A program made the position numbers and the translations under genes. A stretch of 64,000 nucleotides of DNA from Azolla caroliniana (lineage: Eukaryota; Plantae; Polypodiophyta). The stretch lies in contig JBHGNT010000005.1 in assembly GCA_043228905.1 (NCBI GenBank), positions 5,332,001-5,396,000 on the forward strand, given 5' to 3'. Of this stretch, positions 22,334 through 37,486 are shown one piece after another. Under the pieces are notes generated by a model. It saw nothing but the letters and a program-made list of their open reading frames with translations, was not told where the DNA came from and made no database searches. Each line of letters opens with the position of its first letter. Within the stretch, counting starts at the first letter, position 1.

Positions 22334-25300
22334 ATGACCATGCAGCATCAGATGGCTAACTCTGATCATCATCACCATCACCACCACCACCACCATCCCA
22401 ACCCTTATCCCCACTTGCCTCCTCTCTTCCCCCCTCCCCTCAAGTCCATCTTAGCTCCTTCCAATCCCCTACCCCTCTGTGGCTCCCGTAGCCGTTCCTC
22501 CTCCGAGGCTGACCTTCAACAGCTCCATGAGACCTCGCATCTTCAGCTCAAGAATAATGGCTTTCTTCACAGCAATGGCGCTCACCATGAGAACGGTGGC
22601 AGGGAACTTGTCCCTCTCCCTAGTAAGTCTTCTGAAACACTTCTCATCATTCTTCTGCGGAGACATCGTGTGTTATAATGTACGAAAAGTTGCAGGAATC
22701 AAATATGGCGTAATCCACAGCCTTTTAGTTAGTAGCATTTCCGCCTTCTTTCTTCCGTTCTTCCAGATTTCAGAATGAACCAATGATTTTGCTTCGCATT
22801 CCCCCTCAAGTATCTCGTATATATGACCTAGTCTGATCCTTGTTCCGGGCAGAAGCTGTGTGTAATATCTTAGTATTGTGGAACATTCCACACCTATTGG
22901 CTGTATGTAACCTAGTACCCTTGAACCTTTCCCCACGTTTGGAGATATATCCTAGTCTGATCTTTCTTCTCTTCAGAAGAAGTTTTGTTGCAATGGGCGG
23001 AGTAATCAATTCCACTTCTGTTGTAGCCTTTGTAATGTTGTCTAATCTTTAGTTTGCACCAAGAGGTTGTGTTGAAATGTGGCATATTCCACATCTGCTG
23101 TTGCATTTCTTTCAGCTTTGACCTTTCTATGCATACATTGTTTATTTAACTGTTTAATGTGTTGGGCAAATGGGAGGGGTGTATTCTACTATTTTTGTAG
23201 CATTTCCTTTGGTCATATCAATTATGAGCATGAAAAGAGCGTGCAATTTGAGAGGATTATCCTGCAAAAGTGGAGAGTGCCACATGTTTTAGCAGAGATT
23301 TTGCTTGATGTCTTAAAAGAGTGGAGTTTGTAAGTGCAAAATTGGTGCATTCCGTAAATTTGTTTCCTTTCCCTGAGTTCTTAAACATGAGATTGACTAG
23401 ATATTATAATGTCATCCTACCAACGTGGAGCATTCGAAATCTACCATATACAATTGACATCAAGGTCGAATATTTCTTTCTTTTCCTTGGTTATATGACC
23501 ATGAAAGCCTGCGTACACTTAAAATTCCCCTTTTGCTCAGTTATGATCCCGAAGAGTTGTGTTTCTATGTACTATTGTACAGCAGCGGTCTGTTTGATCA
23601 TTCACAGAAATCTTTGTGATATGCGATTCATGAATTATGAATACATAGTTTTTTAAATATGAAGGTACAAAGTTTTTAGCAATTATTATGATTTTTACTG
23701 TTCTCTTATTTTTTTATTACACAGGGCCTTTATCAATGACGGATTTGTCACTTCAGCCTACACATGGGTCTCAATTGAGAGTTGCTTACCAGGTAGTTAA
23801 TATATAAGGTCATATTTGCCTTATACACAACTTTTTGTGTCTAAAAGCATGTTTGTGAACAGTGTTCTTCCTGTATGTAGGGTGCACCTGGTGCCTACAG
23901 TGAAGTGGCTGCAGAGAGAGCCTACCCAAATTGTGAAGCTGTTCCCTGTGAACAGTTTGAAGGGGCATTTAAGGTGATGACAACAATACTCCTGTAAGAA
24001 TTAAGAACTGAAGGTTTTATAAGTGCACAGGAAGAATGCGTTCGGAATTCAAAGAGCACAAATTTAACTGCTTGAATGAATGAAAGGATATCATGATTCC
24101 AAGATTCCAAGTAAGAATTAAAGGTTACTGAGTAAAAGGGTTGTGAGTCCTGAAACAATGATTGTCGTGGGCATTTTGGGATCCCAGGTGTGAGCAGTCC
24201 TCAGGAACATGACTACTTGATCCCCTTACAGCCCATATTAACTCAAGATGAATCCACAGATATTTAGTCACACTCTAGGGTGTGGATCACGGAGTAAAGA
24301 TAGATACAAGAAAGTGGATTCTGCGTGAATGAACGAGGAAGACCTGATTCGTGATTCAGCAAATCTGATGAGGAGCATTCTTGGATGAATGAGGAGGAGA
24401 TCTGTTTAATGCCTCGTAAGAACCGTTGACAATCATTCTTGAATGATTAATCCCATGATTTATATCCTGTAGCATGAAATCCGTTAAGGCACCTACTCTA
24501 TAGTATCCGTACTTTTTATGAAAGTATATTGCATCTCTTTGCAGCCTCATAGGATGTTCTGTTCTCTTCAAGAATGTTAATATAATCTTTCTATCATACC
24601 CCTTTTTGCGTGACAGGACTACACAAACGTATGTTGATACGTTGGAATTTGTATCAGTTATGGAACTTTCTACGTATCTTGACTCTGTATGTATTATACA
24701 TACATGCATTATCTGATTTTCTAAACCCAAATCTCATTGTCCTCAATTTGGTGCATGTGGCCATAGTTGTGGGTAAGAATGGCCCCTGAAATTGAAATGA
24801 ATTATCAATGGGATAATGAAACTTGATGGTGATACATTCACACTATAGTGACTGCCCTTCGAAGAATAAAATATATGCTTTTGATGGGAAGTGAACCTCA
24901 ACCATTATATGTTTCCCAGGCTAAACTTGTGATGGGATGTGAACCTAAACCATGTATATGTGCATTATAAAGTTCTAGCCTCTTGCATCTGGTGACACTG
25001 GTCAGATCCCAATTAGGATTTATGAATGTGTACTGTCTCTGTACTAATTAATCTTTCACTAATGATAATTCCTTGTTTGCAGGCTGTTGAGCATTGGGTT
25101 GTTGACAGAGCAGTGCTGCCCATAGAAAACTCTCTTGGTGGAAGTATACATAGAAACTATGATTTATTACTCAGGCATAGGCTTCATATTGTTGGTGAAG
25201 TTCAGCTCTCCGTGCATCATTGTCTTCTTGGGTTGCCTGGTGTAAAAAAAGAGGAGTTACAGAGGGTTTTAAGCCATCCTCAGGTTTGCAAATAGTATTT

Positions 25301-27177
25301 AACAACTTCAGGCAAATTTGAAAATTTTATCTAGGTTGACGTTATAACATTGTTTCTGATATTTTTCTGTGCATAGGCACTTGCTCAATGTGAGAATAAT
25401 TTATCAAAACTAGATGTAATTAGAGAAGCTGTGGATGACACAGCAGGTGCTGCCCAGGTGCTTCTTGTTCTATTAACCTTGCATAGATTTTATCAGTTCT
25501 TTTTTACAACTGGTTAATCAATTGATTGAGATATAATTTTGGACTTTTCCAGGTTAATCAAATGATGTGCTGTTCTTGCATTTTCCTATAATTGTTTCAC
25601 ACCTGATTTAACTATTTTCTCATATTTGCAGTTTATATCAGAAAATGATTTGAGGGATACAGGAGCAATAGCAAGTGCTAAGGCAGCGGAAATATATGGC
25701 CTGGAGGTCCTCGTAGATGGGATTCAGGTTCTTATTCCCTGAAGGGTTTACAAAGACTTGCACTGAAATTTACTAAATTGCATAGACAAATAATAACACC
25801 CATTCTGTTAATATGTATCCATACCATTTGTTTTACACTTCTGGAATTTGCTGATCTTAAATAGGACGATTCGGACAATGTTACACGCTTTCTCTTGCTG
25901 GCAAGGGAACCAATAATTCCACGTGCAGATAGGCCTTTCAAGGTAAGGGATTAAGTTGAAGTTGTTGATCAATAGTTTTAAATGCTCTACCCTAGGTATG
26001 TTATGATAGATGTGAATTTGTACTCACTGCTCTTAAACTTGTGGATTTACAAAGACAAGCATCACGTTTACACTGGAGGAGGGTCCTGGTGTATTGTTTA
26101 AGGCATTGGCAGTTTTTGCTTTACGAGAGATCAACTTGACAAAGGTAAGTGTGACTGGGATGCTGCTGATGACATTATTGACAATTTATGTTATTCTCTA
26201 TCAAGTATAACAAGATATTTATTCCTCCTTCACTTAATGAAGCATAATGACATAGTTACCAAGCTTCTTGTCTCTTTCCATAAACTTTTGCCTGTAAGGA
26301 TCTCATTTAATTGGTCAATAAAAACTTACCAGATTGAAAGCAGACCTCTGCGGAAATGCCCTTTGCGTGTGATGGATGACAGTAATGGCATAACTAAGTC
26401 AGTGTAAGTTTAGAACTTCGTATGTATTTTATTTTGGATGAGAATCAATAAGATATTTCTTATCTTTTGATGATGTATCTTTTTAAGGTACTTCGACTAC
26501 CTATTTTTTGTGGACTTTGAAGCTTCAATGGCAGAACAACGGGCTCAAAACGCACTTCGTCATTTACAGGTTCTTTTGTATTTCATATGCTATTCTTGTT
26601 TACTACATTGATGGGTGGGTATTAACTATAAAGCAGATCTTCTACCAAGGAACCTCAGAGAAATATCTTAAAGAGAATGGTGCTGCATATGTATTATGTG
26701 TACTGCCAAGCATTATGATAGGAAAGTACAAAAATGGTGTTAAAGTGTACTGTTACATACCCCAAAACTCAAGTTATAAAAGAGACTAATGTTTAAAATA
26801 GAAAGCTACACTTTTTTACTCAACTGAGAAAACTCTGGAAAATTTGCATATCATAAGCTTTTACGATCATAAGATCAATCCTCCTATCTTGATCCATTTT
26901 TCTCTTTCACTAAACTTTCCGAAAAAAGTTGCATAAGGCTTCTGAAACACAAAAGGTAGTGAGACAATGTCCAAATAGTTTTTAAGATGCTAAACAGGGA
27001 GAGAGACGATGTTCTAGTAGATTTGGAAAATGTGTTAAAAACCTTAGCAGGATATGGCCCTTTCTTCACTCGCATCATGTACTGATTTGTCATCAGGAAT
27101 TTGCTACTTTCTTGAGGGTATTGGGGTGTTACCCTATGGATGTAACTCCCATCAACAAGCAATCTCGATCCTCTTAA
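22334..27177 (+). CDS. ADT: Arogenate dehydratase / prephenate dehydratase (intron-rich ADT1/ADT2-like), 11 exons: 22334-22622, 23725-23792, 23881-23973, 25083-25283, 25377-25457, 25632-25727, 25865-25942, 26055-26144, 26333-26397 (or 26403), 26488-26569, 27097-27177
   Basis: Spliced GT-AG exons give [62 protein letters not shown] domain [41 protein letters not shown], and [13 protein letters not shown]. The start codon is less certain. Confidence 0.95.
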
Positions 27178-29814
27178 ATGAATCAAGGTACCAATATTGA
27201 CAATGTTTCCACCTTCACCAGATTATGCATGGTGTTATTATTATATTCAATGTTCAATGACTTGAGCTGTAAATTATTGTTAAAGGCTCTTATGGATAAA
27301 TGTACCTATAATAATGTAACACTCTTAATTCATCAGAAGCACTGCTTGTGCAAATTACATTATTCAATTTTCTATCAAAATTTTATTATAGTTTTAAGCT
27401 TAAAAGGTTTGTCTGCCTTGGAATTCATTGGCAGAAGGTAAAGTCTAGGGAAATGAAAATGTTGTTACTGTTTACAAACCATCAGAATGTTATCGTCTCA
27501 ATAGCTTTTGGCAAATGTGTTTCTCTTCCAAGCCAGTCACTACTTTTTTGGTTGTATTAGTATAAGATTTATTCCTTTGTATGAAAATGTTTATGGCTAA
27601 TGAATTCTTGCTGGTTATGTAAACATTTCAGCATTTTAGATGTAAGGAAGAGGGAGAGCCACATTTAACTGTAGTTTTGAAACATATCTTTTAATGATTT
27701 CGTATGCTCTGCATTGAAATATTTGAGGTGGTACTGTAATGGATAGGGATTGAACTTTGCACACCCTACATCGGTCAAGCTACGATAGATTCACTTTTAA
27801 TATCATCCATCATACTTAATATGATTTTCAACTTAATACTAAAGGCTTTGTAAAAAATATTTGAAATACTCAAATTACACATCAGAACATTTGGTGTCTA
27901 CATCATGATTCCCAAAGTGTGAAGTTGATTAGGTCGGCTCTCTTAAAATGGGTTTTTTACATGTGTTTGTCCAAGGCTCATCTCATCGGAGTTTCTCATA
28001 TCTTTAAACCTATTGTGTGTCAAAATTGCTTTCCTACATTAATTAGTCAACAAAGAAATGGCATCCAAGTATATTGGTGGAACAGAAATTTCAAATCGAT
28101 GCAAATCTTCATGATATATGCTTGCTTCTTATATTTTAATCAATCACTTATTAAGTGTGAGACCAACACAAGCAAGGTAATTTTTAGAAGTGATGGTGTG
28201 ATGGCCTTTAATTTTTTTGTTTTTCATATAGCAACTTTATAATTAGTTTGACCCTATGATGAATGAGAAACATAACTTTAAACCCCATTGTGTTTCTCAT
28301 GCATTGTTGTTGGAGAGCAATTTTATAATATGTACCTAGCTTCCTCTTCTTGTGAACTAATACATGTCAAGGTAGTAATTTCATCGAACTTGATGTTGCT
28401 AGTCATATTATTACATGTTATCACATTAGTTGAAGGGAATTAAAACTTATGTTAATTGATGATATTTCTAGAGTTTGGCTCTTACCAACACACGGGTTAG
28501 AGTAGATTAACTCTAAGAAGAAATTTCATTCTCAATATCCATTTATACCAATATTATAATGTCAACGACTATGACCTATCGAGACTGCTTGTATTCTAAA
28601 ATGATTCATGAATTGTATTCAAATTCTTGTGTAATGTATTTTCAAATTAACACTAATCGATATTGATTCAATTGAAGGTTGGTGAAGTGTAGGAAGATGA
28701 TTTAGCTGCTATTGAAGTAGTGTAAATTGATCTAAAACTTAGTTGTGTGTGGAGACAACAATTGCATTTGAAATTCTATGTCATGGATAATAGGAAGAAA
28801 TGAAAAGTAGAAATATAATTTGGTTAAAATGTACATGATTATTGACAAACCAAAACAAGGGTATTAGAAGGGGCAAAACAACTCTGTTCATCAAAATCAG
28901 AATCACAAGAGCAACGTAATATCATTTTACTAATTACTAAGAATATGACACCCTTTTGGTTATAATTTTACTGAAATTAATACAAGATGTACATACATAC
29001 ACACATACCTATAGACACATATGTACACTTACATACATACACATATACACATATAACACATACACACAATTTGACTTTACCTCATTTCAAATTACATGTC
29101 TACCTCTACGAATTCTAAATTTGGTTTTCTTTGCGCATACACTCAAAACGGATAATTTTGGGTCTGACTTTAGTTACCAAGGATGTATAGACCATGAGTT
29201 CTTGAACATTTTCTATGCAAATGTCTTTGGAATCCAAGTTGGGAGATAACAAGTTATGGTCAAAGTTATGAAAGCCACGAGTTGTTCACATTCGAACTTG
29301 TGAAATAATGAGCGATTGATTCGAGGCTTGCGGGGGGGTAGTTGGGTGATTTTGCAAAGGATGGATGATATGGAGGAAGGAGGGGCATTTTGGGTAGAGA
29401 AATTGGATACTATGTAATCAATCAGTCCATCAATCAATCAATCAATCTCGTGTAGCAGGGCAGGGCAGGGCAGGGTTATATGTAAATCCATCAAAACTGA
29501 ATCCTTTTTTTTTGTAGTGATCGATGAGATATGGTTATGGAGGATTTGTTAACTCATGAAGTATGTAGTGTGTGGATGTTTTTTCCTTCCTTCCATGCGG
29601 CCTTTTCTTCTATTTCAGTGAGAGGAAAACCCATACATACATATTTCAAAAAACAGGGGAAAGGAAGGACAGACAGACGATTGACTGGTTGATTGTATAA
29701 CCTCAAAAACTTAGAGAGGAGGAGGAATTCAAGAAAACCCAAAGTGCCTGCGAGTCTTTCATTCCATTCGCACCAACAGACAGACAGACAGACTAAAAGA
29801 TCACTCCACTCTCA

Positions 29815-32081
<2,267 letters not shown>

Positions 32082-34369
32082 ATGTTATCTTTTTGACAAT
32101 AAAAATGATGTTGCTGAACTATGTAGAAAAAAACATTATACGCAATATAAATATTTGCTCTCAAATTTGAGATCGTGGAATTGTGAAGAAAATATATTAT
32201 ATGGAATAATTGCTATCTAGGCCGCCCAAGGGGTGTGCAAGCTGTATGAGAAAGATTTAACTTAATAATTGCTTAGTAGATTATTATCGCATTGTGTCTC
32301 CATACACTTCAAATTAATTAGACTTGAACACATAATCACAAAAGTATGCAGCGCAGTTCCTTTCGGAAGACCACCGGGTCCTAAAGACGATATGGTGGGT
32401 GCACATTAGGCTATCCTTAATGTATCATGCATTGGCAAGAGGCTGAAGCAAGTCATACGCTGGTGGCTCTCACCCCTAACATACAACAAAGGTGTAGATT
32501 GATATTTTAAAAACCCGTGATAGGATACTTTTCATATATTATCTCCCAATACGAAAGGAGGGTATTTTGTAAATTTACCATAGTTTTATGTTGAAGGTAG
32601 TTTTGAAATTTCCTCTTGCTCTATTTGGATTTATATATGCATAGTGCATTAATGAGTTTCACCTTGTTTATGACCTCTAATGGTATGGAGATTCAACAGG
32701 TAGTCGCTGATGACTCTATGACGATGTTGATCTTTTTAGTGTTTTATGCTAGTTAATAATGGGGATCTTGTTTAGTACTCTAATAGGAGAACCTGATGTT
32801 CAGCTGCAATTGATCTTGTTTAGTACACAATATGTAGGAGATTCTATCCTTAATAGAAACCAATTAACATGAATTTTGAATGCAGTGAAGAGTTAATGAG
32901 AAATTAGGTATTGTATGGGCGTAATAATGAGAATTCCTAAGTTTAGATTTTTGTCTAGATTAAAATCCAATTAGAAATAAACTTTATAGTTGCTCATCCC
33001 AGAACTTCTAAATGGAGTAAATAGTACATTCATAAACTCGAGCCACTTAATTTGATTTGGAAGGAACTTGATTAGAATGCCATAGATATATTTTCTGCAA
33101 ATCAAGGGGAAATGAATTGAAGAATGATGAAGAAAAAACCTTAGAATGGAGCTTGCTTTTATTTGGTAGATGGTAATCAGCAAGCGTTTAGAATGTTCTT
33201 CAGTTTTGCTGTGAGCCGAACTATTGCTGAATATATGTGAAAATGTGAAGACAGGTTTCATAATTTAATTGTTAGGGTTCATAATTAAAATTTTGTAATA
33301 TATATTACATTATTAAATCTTTCAGAAACGTTTGCGAACTATTATGCTGCAACAAATCACATGTTAAATTAATAAAGCTTCAAACAGATTATGAATTTCT
33401 ACACCTAAATAGAATTCAATTGAACTAGGTAAGTTATTAAGCATGATTTCATGATTGATGATGAATCTATTTTTTCTTTTTTGTTTGAGAGAAGATTTTG
33501 GTAGTGGTGTTTATTTTTGCATTCAAATTGTTTTATCTGATGGGATTGGATTTCATTGAAGGCGTAAATTTTAAATGGATTGTGCATGGGTTGTGATAAT
33601 CGTGTTTTGTTAAACTTATGATGTCTATCAGGCTTTATAACTTTGTTTTAGTCAGCTGACAAGCCAATGGCATCATTGAAGAAAATTCTTCTGTTTGAAA
33701 CAAATTGCAATGAGTGGAATATGGATTCAAAATTATAAATAGAATGTAAACAAGGAAGCTATTCAAAAGATGTCTTTATTAAAAGTATTTGAAAAAAGGA
33801 GCAGCATAGATACTCTTAAAAGCTTACACCATTTGTATGTCCATCTATTTACACTAGGTTATTGCTCACACCATTGCTTACAACGTAGGAAAACATCATA
33901 TAGCATCATAAACCGCACTCAATGAAAAAAACTAGTGAACATGAAAAAGAAGAAAGTAAATATTAGAAGGCTTCTTTCACAAGCCATGTTTAATAAACTT
34001 AGATCAAGCTCTCAGGATGTTGCCCTTTTTTAAGATGGAACCAAAAGTTTTAGAAGGAATAAGATACAAACTCCAAACTCTTCTTTTTTAATCCAGGATT
34101 ATTTTCACACCAATCTTTCTTGACATTACAAGATTAGTCTCCTTGTTATTATCACACTAAATTTACTACAAATCATAAGAGAGATTTCTTTGTTCTATTG
34201 AAAAACAAAATGTGTCATTTTTTTACATGTATGTAAAGTTTTCAATTTATTTATTGGGGCATATATTTGATCTTATGCCCACAATAGTGTTAATTACTTC
34301 TGAATGAGAATTGCCTATGAGGTATAATAACTAACCTACATTTCTGCAATACACATGAAAGAAATTCAG

Positions 34370-37300
34370 TCATGGCAAGGCCTTTGTTACATCATTGCCT
34401 TGGCCAATTTTATCTAACCAATTCACCACATCACAAATAGTGGGTCTTTTAGCTGGGTCTTGGTTCAAGCATGGACAAGCCACATCCAAAACTTGGAGCA
34501 TTTCCTCATCGTGGCCTTTACTTTGAAGGACACTATCGAAGATCTCATCACATTTACCGACACTCCTACAATGTATCACCCAAGCGACAAGGTCACCCCC
34601 ACCTTTACACAACACATCGACAGGCCGCCGCCTGGTAAGTAGTTCAAGCAAAACTACACCAAAACTATACACATCACCTCTTGGGGTTGCATTGATAGCA
34701 TGGCAATACTCTGGTGGTATGTAACCAAGCGTACCCACTACCTCGGTCGTTACATGTGTTTCGGTCGACATCATTAGCCTTGCTAGCCCAAAGTCGGCCA
34801 AATGTGCTTGGAATCTCTCGTCCAGAAGAATGTTGCTCGACTTGATGTCACGATGGACGATGTGAGGATTGCACACTTGATGAAGATATGCTAACCCATG
34901 GGCTGCACCTTGTGCTATGTTGAGCCTTGTAGGCCAATCTAGGCTATCTACTCTCTCATGCAGCCAATAGTCTAGGCTCCCATTCTCCATATATGAATAC
35001 AAGAGCATCTTCTCATTGCCAGCTTGGAGATATCCTTGTAAAGGCACTAAATTCTTGTGTTGTGCCTTGGATAGGGCCTCTAATTCAGCTCTAAATTCCC
35101 TCTCCATTTGTCCACAGTCACCCCCTGTTAGCTTCTTGACAGCAAGTCGTGATCCATCACTCAAATCTGCTCTATATACTAATCCAAAACCTCCACAACC
35201 CACTATGTTTGCCGAATCGAAGTTGTTCGTAGCTTTAAATAGGTCGAAAACAGTGAGCTTCCCATTGCGGTAAAACAACTCGACTGGAGTGTCGAGCACC
35301 TGGGTTAGAGACTGGGGACCAGTGTAACCATCTATGTCTTTGAACAAACCAAAGCTTCCTCCATACATACAAATCCTATGACCCGAGATTTTCCATGAGA
35401 ACCCAACTGCAACGACAACAACCATGAGGCCAAATACCATAAAAACAGGGGCCAAGATAGCAACCCTTATTGCTGTGGCTGTCGGTCGCCACCTGCTAGG
35501 ATTGACTTTCCCAACATTACCATCATCATCGTGACATGGGGAAGATAGTAATGGTGGTCCACATAGACCACCGTTTCCTTCAAAGCTTTTGCTGGAGAAG
35601 GTTGAGAATTGGTTACCCTGAGGTATGACACCCACCAGTTGATTGTGTGACACATTGAAATAAGCAAGAAAAGTAAGGTGTGTGAGTGAGGATGGTATGC
35701 TACCATTGAAGGAATTGTATGATAAATCTAGGCTTTCAAGGTCAGTCATGTTTGCAATACTATCCGGAATGTTGCCTGAAAAGTTGTTGAAGCTTAGGTC
35801 CATTTCCAAAAGGACAACAAAAGCACCCACTTGTGATGGTATAAGTCCTTCAAAGTGGTTGTGAGAGAGATATATGGAGGGGGGGAAAGCTGAAATTTGA
35901 GTATATTGTAACTCGGGTGAGTCCACTTTTTGCTTGATAGCAAGATTGCTAACCACTGACTGAAGCCCTTTCAAATTCTCATCAGGACCCATCAGTGCTG
36001 GCAAAGTGAAAAGCTCTGGCGGTATGCTTCCAGATAAGGAGTTATTGGACAGGTCCAAGTAGAAGAGATGTGGGAATTGTCCAATCCATTGTGGAACAAA
36101 TCCCGTGAGGTGATTCCACGAGAGGTCAAGGACTTGTAGCTTTGTGCAATTCTTCAACCAATTGGGGATGGATCCATGGAGATGAAGATTTCCTAATGCA
36201 AGTACTTGCAAGTTTTCTAGGCCTGATATTGTGTCAGGAAGCATCTCTCCGAACATGTTATTCTTCGATAAGATCACACTCACTAGAGCTTTGCTTCCTT
36301 CGAGCGATTGGATGCTTCCATTTAACTTGTTACTTGAGAGCAAGAGAGTGGTTAATTGTTCCAACTGATTCAACGACGAAGGGATCACACCACTGAGCTT
36401 GTTTTTTGCCAAGTTTAAACTCTTCAAGGCCTTGCATTGTGACAGTGAAGATGGGATAGGGCCACTGAAAGAATTGGTATTGAGGTCGAGGTTTTCAAGG
36501 AGCGAGAATTGAGCAAAGTCTATTGTATCAATCGAGCCATGAAATTGGTTCGAATTCGCAGTGAAGACCTTGAGGTTTGAACACGAAGAGAGATTAGTTG
36601 GAAGTGGACCAGTGAGGTTGTTTGCACTCAACATAAGAATGGAGATATGCATCAAGTTTCCAATGGCCTCATCAATCTCTCCTGAGAAGTTGTTCTTTGC
36701 AAGGCAAAGCTTTGTTAAACCCTTCAATTTGTAGATACCATGAGGTATGGGGCCCTCAAGATGATTCTCCCCGAGGTCCAGGACTTGCAAGTTAGTGCAA
36801 TTTTCAAGCCCCTCTTGAATGGTCCCTGACAAATTGTTAGAAGATAGGTCCACCACTTGCAGAGGAGGATAGTAGGGAGGGGCATGCTTGCAAATTTGTA
36901 AAAGAGGGCTCAAACCACCAGTTAGAGAGTTGTTTCTTGCCCAAAGGGAGGTGAGGGAGGTGAGGTTTTTAAGAGGCAGTAAGGTTCCATGGAATCCATT
37001 GCTAGTGACATTGATGTGCTGTAAAGAATTTTGAGATGATTTGGCCAAGAAAGAGAGATCACCTGAGAAGTTGTTGGAGCTTAGGTCAATCGCACGAAGC
37101 TGCGGGAGAGAAGCCATATCCTCTGGTATGGATCCTGAGAGAGAATTGATAGACACATTGAGTACTTGAAGTGAAGAAATGTTGGCCAGACCATGAGATA
37201 AAGTTCCACTGAGCCCCCTCCCCGGCAGAGAAATGGCGACGACCCTCGACCACTTCTCATCGCAAACTATACCTTCCCACTCACAACAACTCTGCTGACT

Positions 37301-37486
37301 GTGGGGATTCGTGGCATGGGCTGTCCATATAGCAGGGCGAACATGGCTAGTGAAAGCTAGGAGACCTGATACTTCATCATCACTGCAACTAGCATAGGAT
37401 CCTACAGGTAGAAGAAGAAGAAGAAGATAAAGAGTTACCATGTAGAACAAGAACAAGGTAGTTATACTGGTAACTTCACACATCAT
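34370..37486 (-). CDS. PSKR: Phytosulfokine-receptor-like LRR receptor kinase (LRR-X, PSKR/PSY1R clade), intronless, 1038 aa
   Basis: Signal peptide, CCEWEGIVC cap, about 21 LRRs, island domain ending LQYTQISAFPPSIYLS, TM helix, kinase with ATNNFD..NIVGCGGFGLVY, GDCGQMEREFRAE, HRDIKSSNILLD, DFGLAR, GTLGYIPPEY. Confidence 0.9.
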   Translation of the reverse strand: MMCEVTSITTLFLFYMVTLYLLLLLLPVGSYASCSDDEVSGLLAFTSHVRPAIWTAHATNPHSQQSCCEWEGIVCDEKWSRVVAISLPGRGLSGTLSHGLANISSLQVLNVSINSLSGSIPEDMASLPQLRAIDLSSNNFSGDLSFLAKSSQNSLQHINVTSNGFHGTLLPLKNLTSLTSLWARNNSLTGGLSPLLQICKHAPPYYPPLQVVDLSSNNLSGTIQEGLENCTNLQVLDLGENHLEGPIPHGIYKLKGLTKLCLAKNNFSGEIDEAIGNLMHISILMLSANNLTGPLPTNLSSCSNLKVFTANSNQFHGSIDTIDFAQFSLLENLDLNTNSFSGPIPSSLSQCKALKSLNLAKNKLSGVIPSSLNQLEQLTTLLLSSNKLNGSIQSLEGSKALVSVILSKNNMFGEMLPDTISGLENLQVLALGNLHLHGSIPNWLKNCTKLQVLDLSWNHLTGFVPQWIGQFPHLFYLDLSNNSLSGSIPPELFTLPALMGPDENLKGLQSVVSNLAIKQKVDSPELQYTQISAFPPSIYLSHNHFEGLIPSQVGAFVVLLEMDLSFNNFSGNIPDSIANMTDLESLDLSYNSFNGSIPSSLTHLTFLAYFNVSHNQLVGVIPQGNQFSTFSSKSFEGNGGLCGPPLLSSPCHDDDGNVGKVNPSRWRPTATAIRVAILAPVFMVFGLMVVVVAVGFSWKISGHRICMYGGSFGLFKDIDGYTGPQSLTQVLDTPVELFYRNGKLTVFDLFKATNNFDSANIVGCGGFGLVYRADLSDGSRLAVKKLTGGDCGQMEREFRAELEALSKAQHKNLVPLQGYLQAGNEKMLLYSYMENGSLDYWLHERVDSLDWPTRLNIAQGAAHGLAYLHQVCNPHIVHRDIKSSNILLDERFQAHLADFGLARLMMSTETHVTTEVVGTLGYIPPEYCHAINATPRGDVYSFGVVLLELLTRRRPVDVLCKGGGDLVAWVIHCRSVGKCDEIFDSVLQSKGHDEEMLQVLDVACPCLNQDPAKRPTICDVVNWLDKIGQGNDVTKALP

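Noticed and set aside
23974-24010. Intronic C/D snoRNA (GTGATGA...CTGA)
   Set aside because: Too short, overlaps the splice donor, and has no recognisable rRNA antisense element
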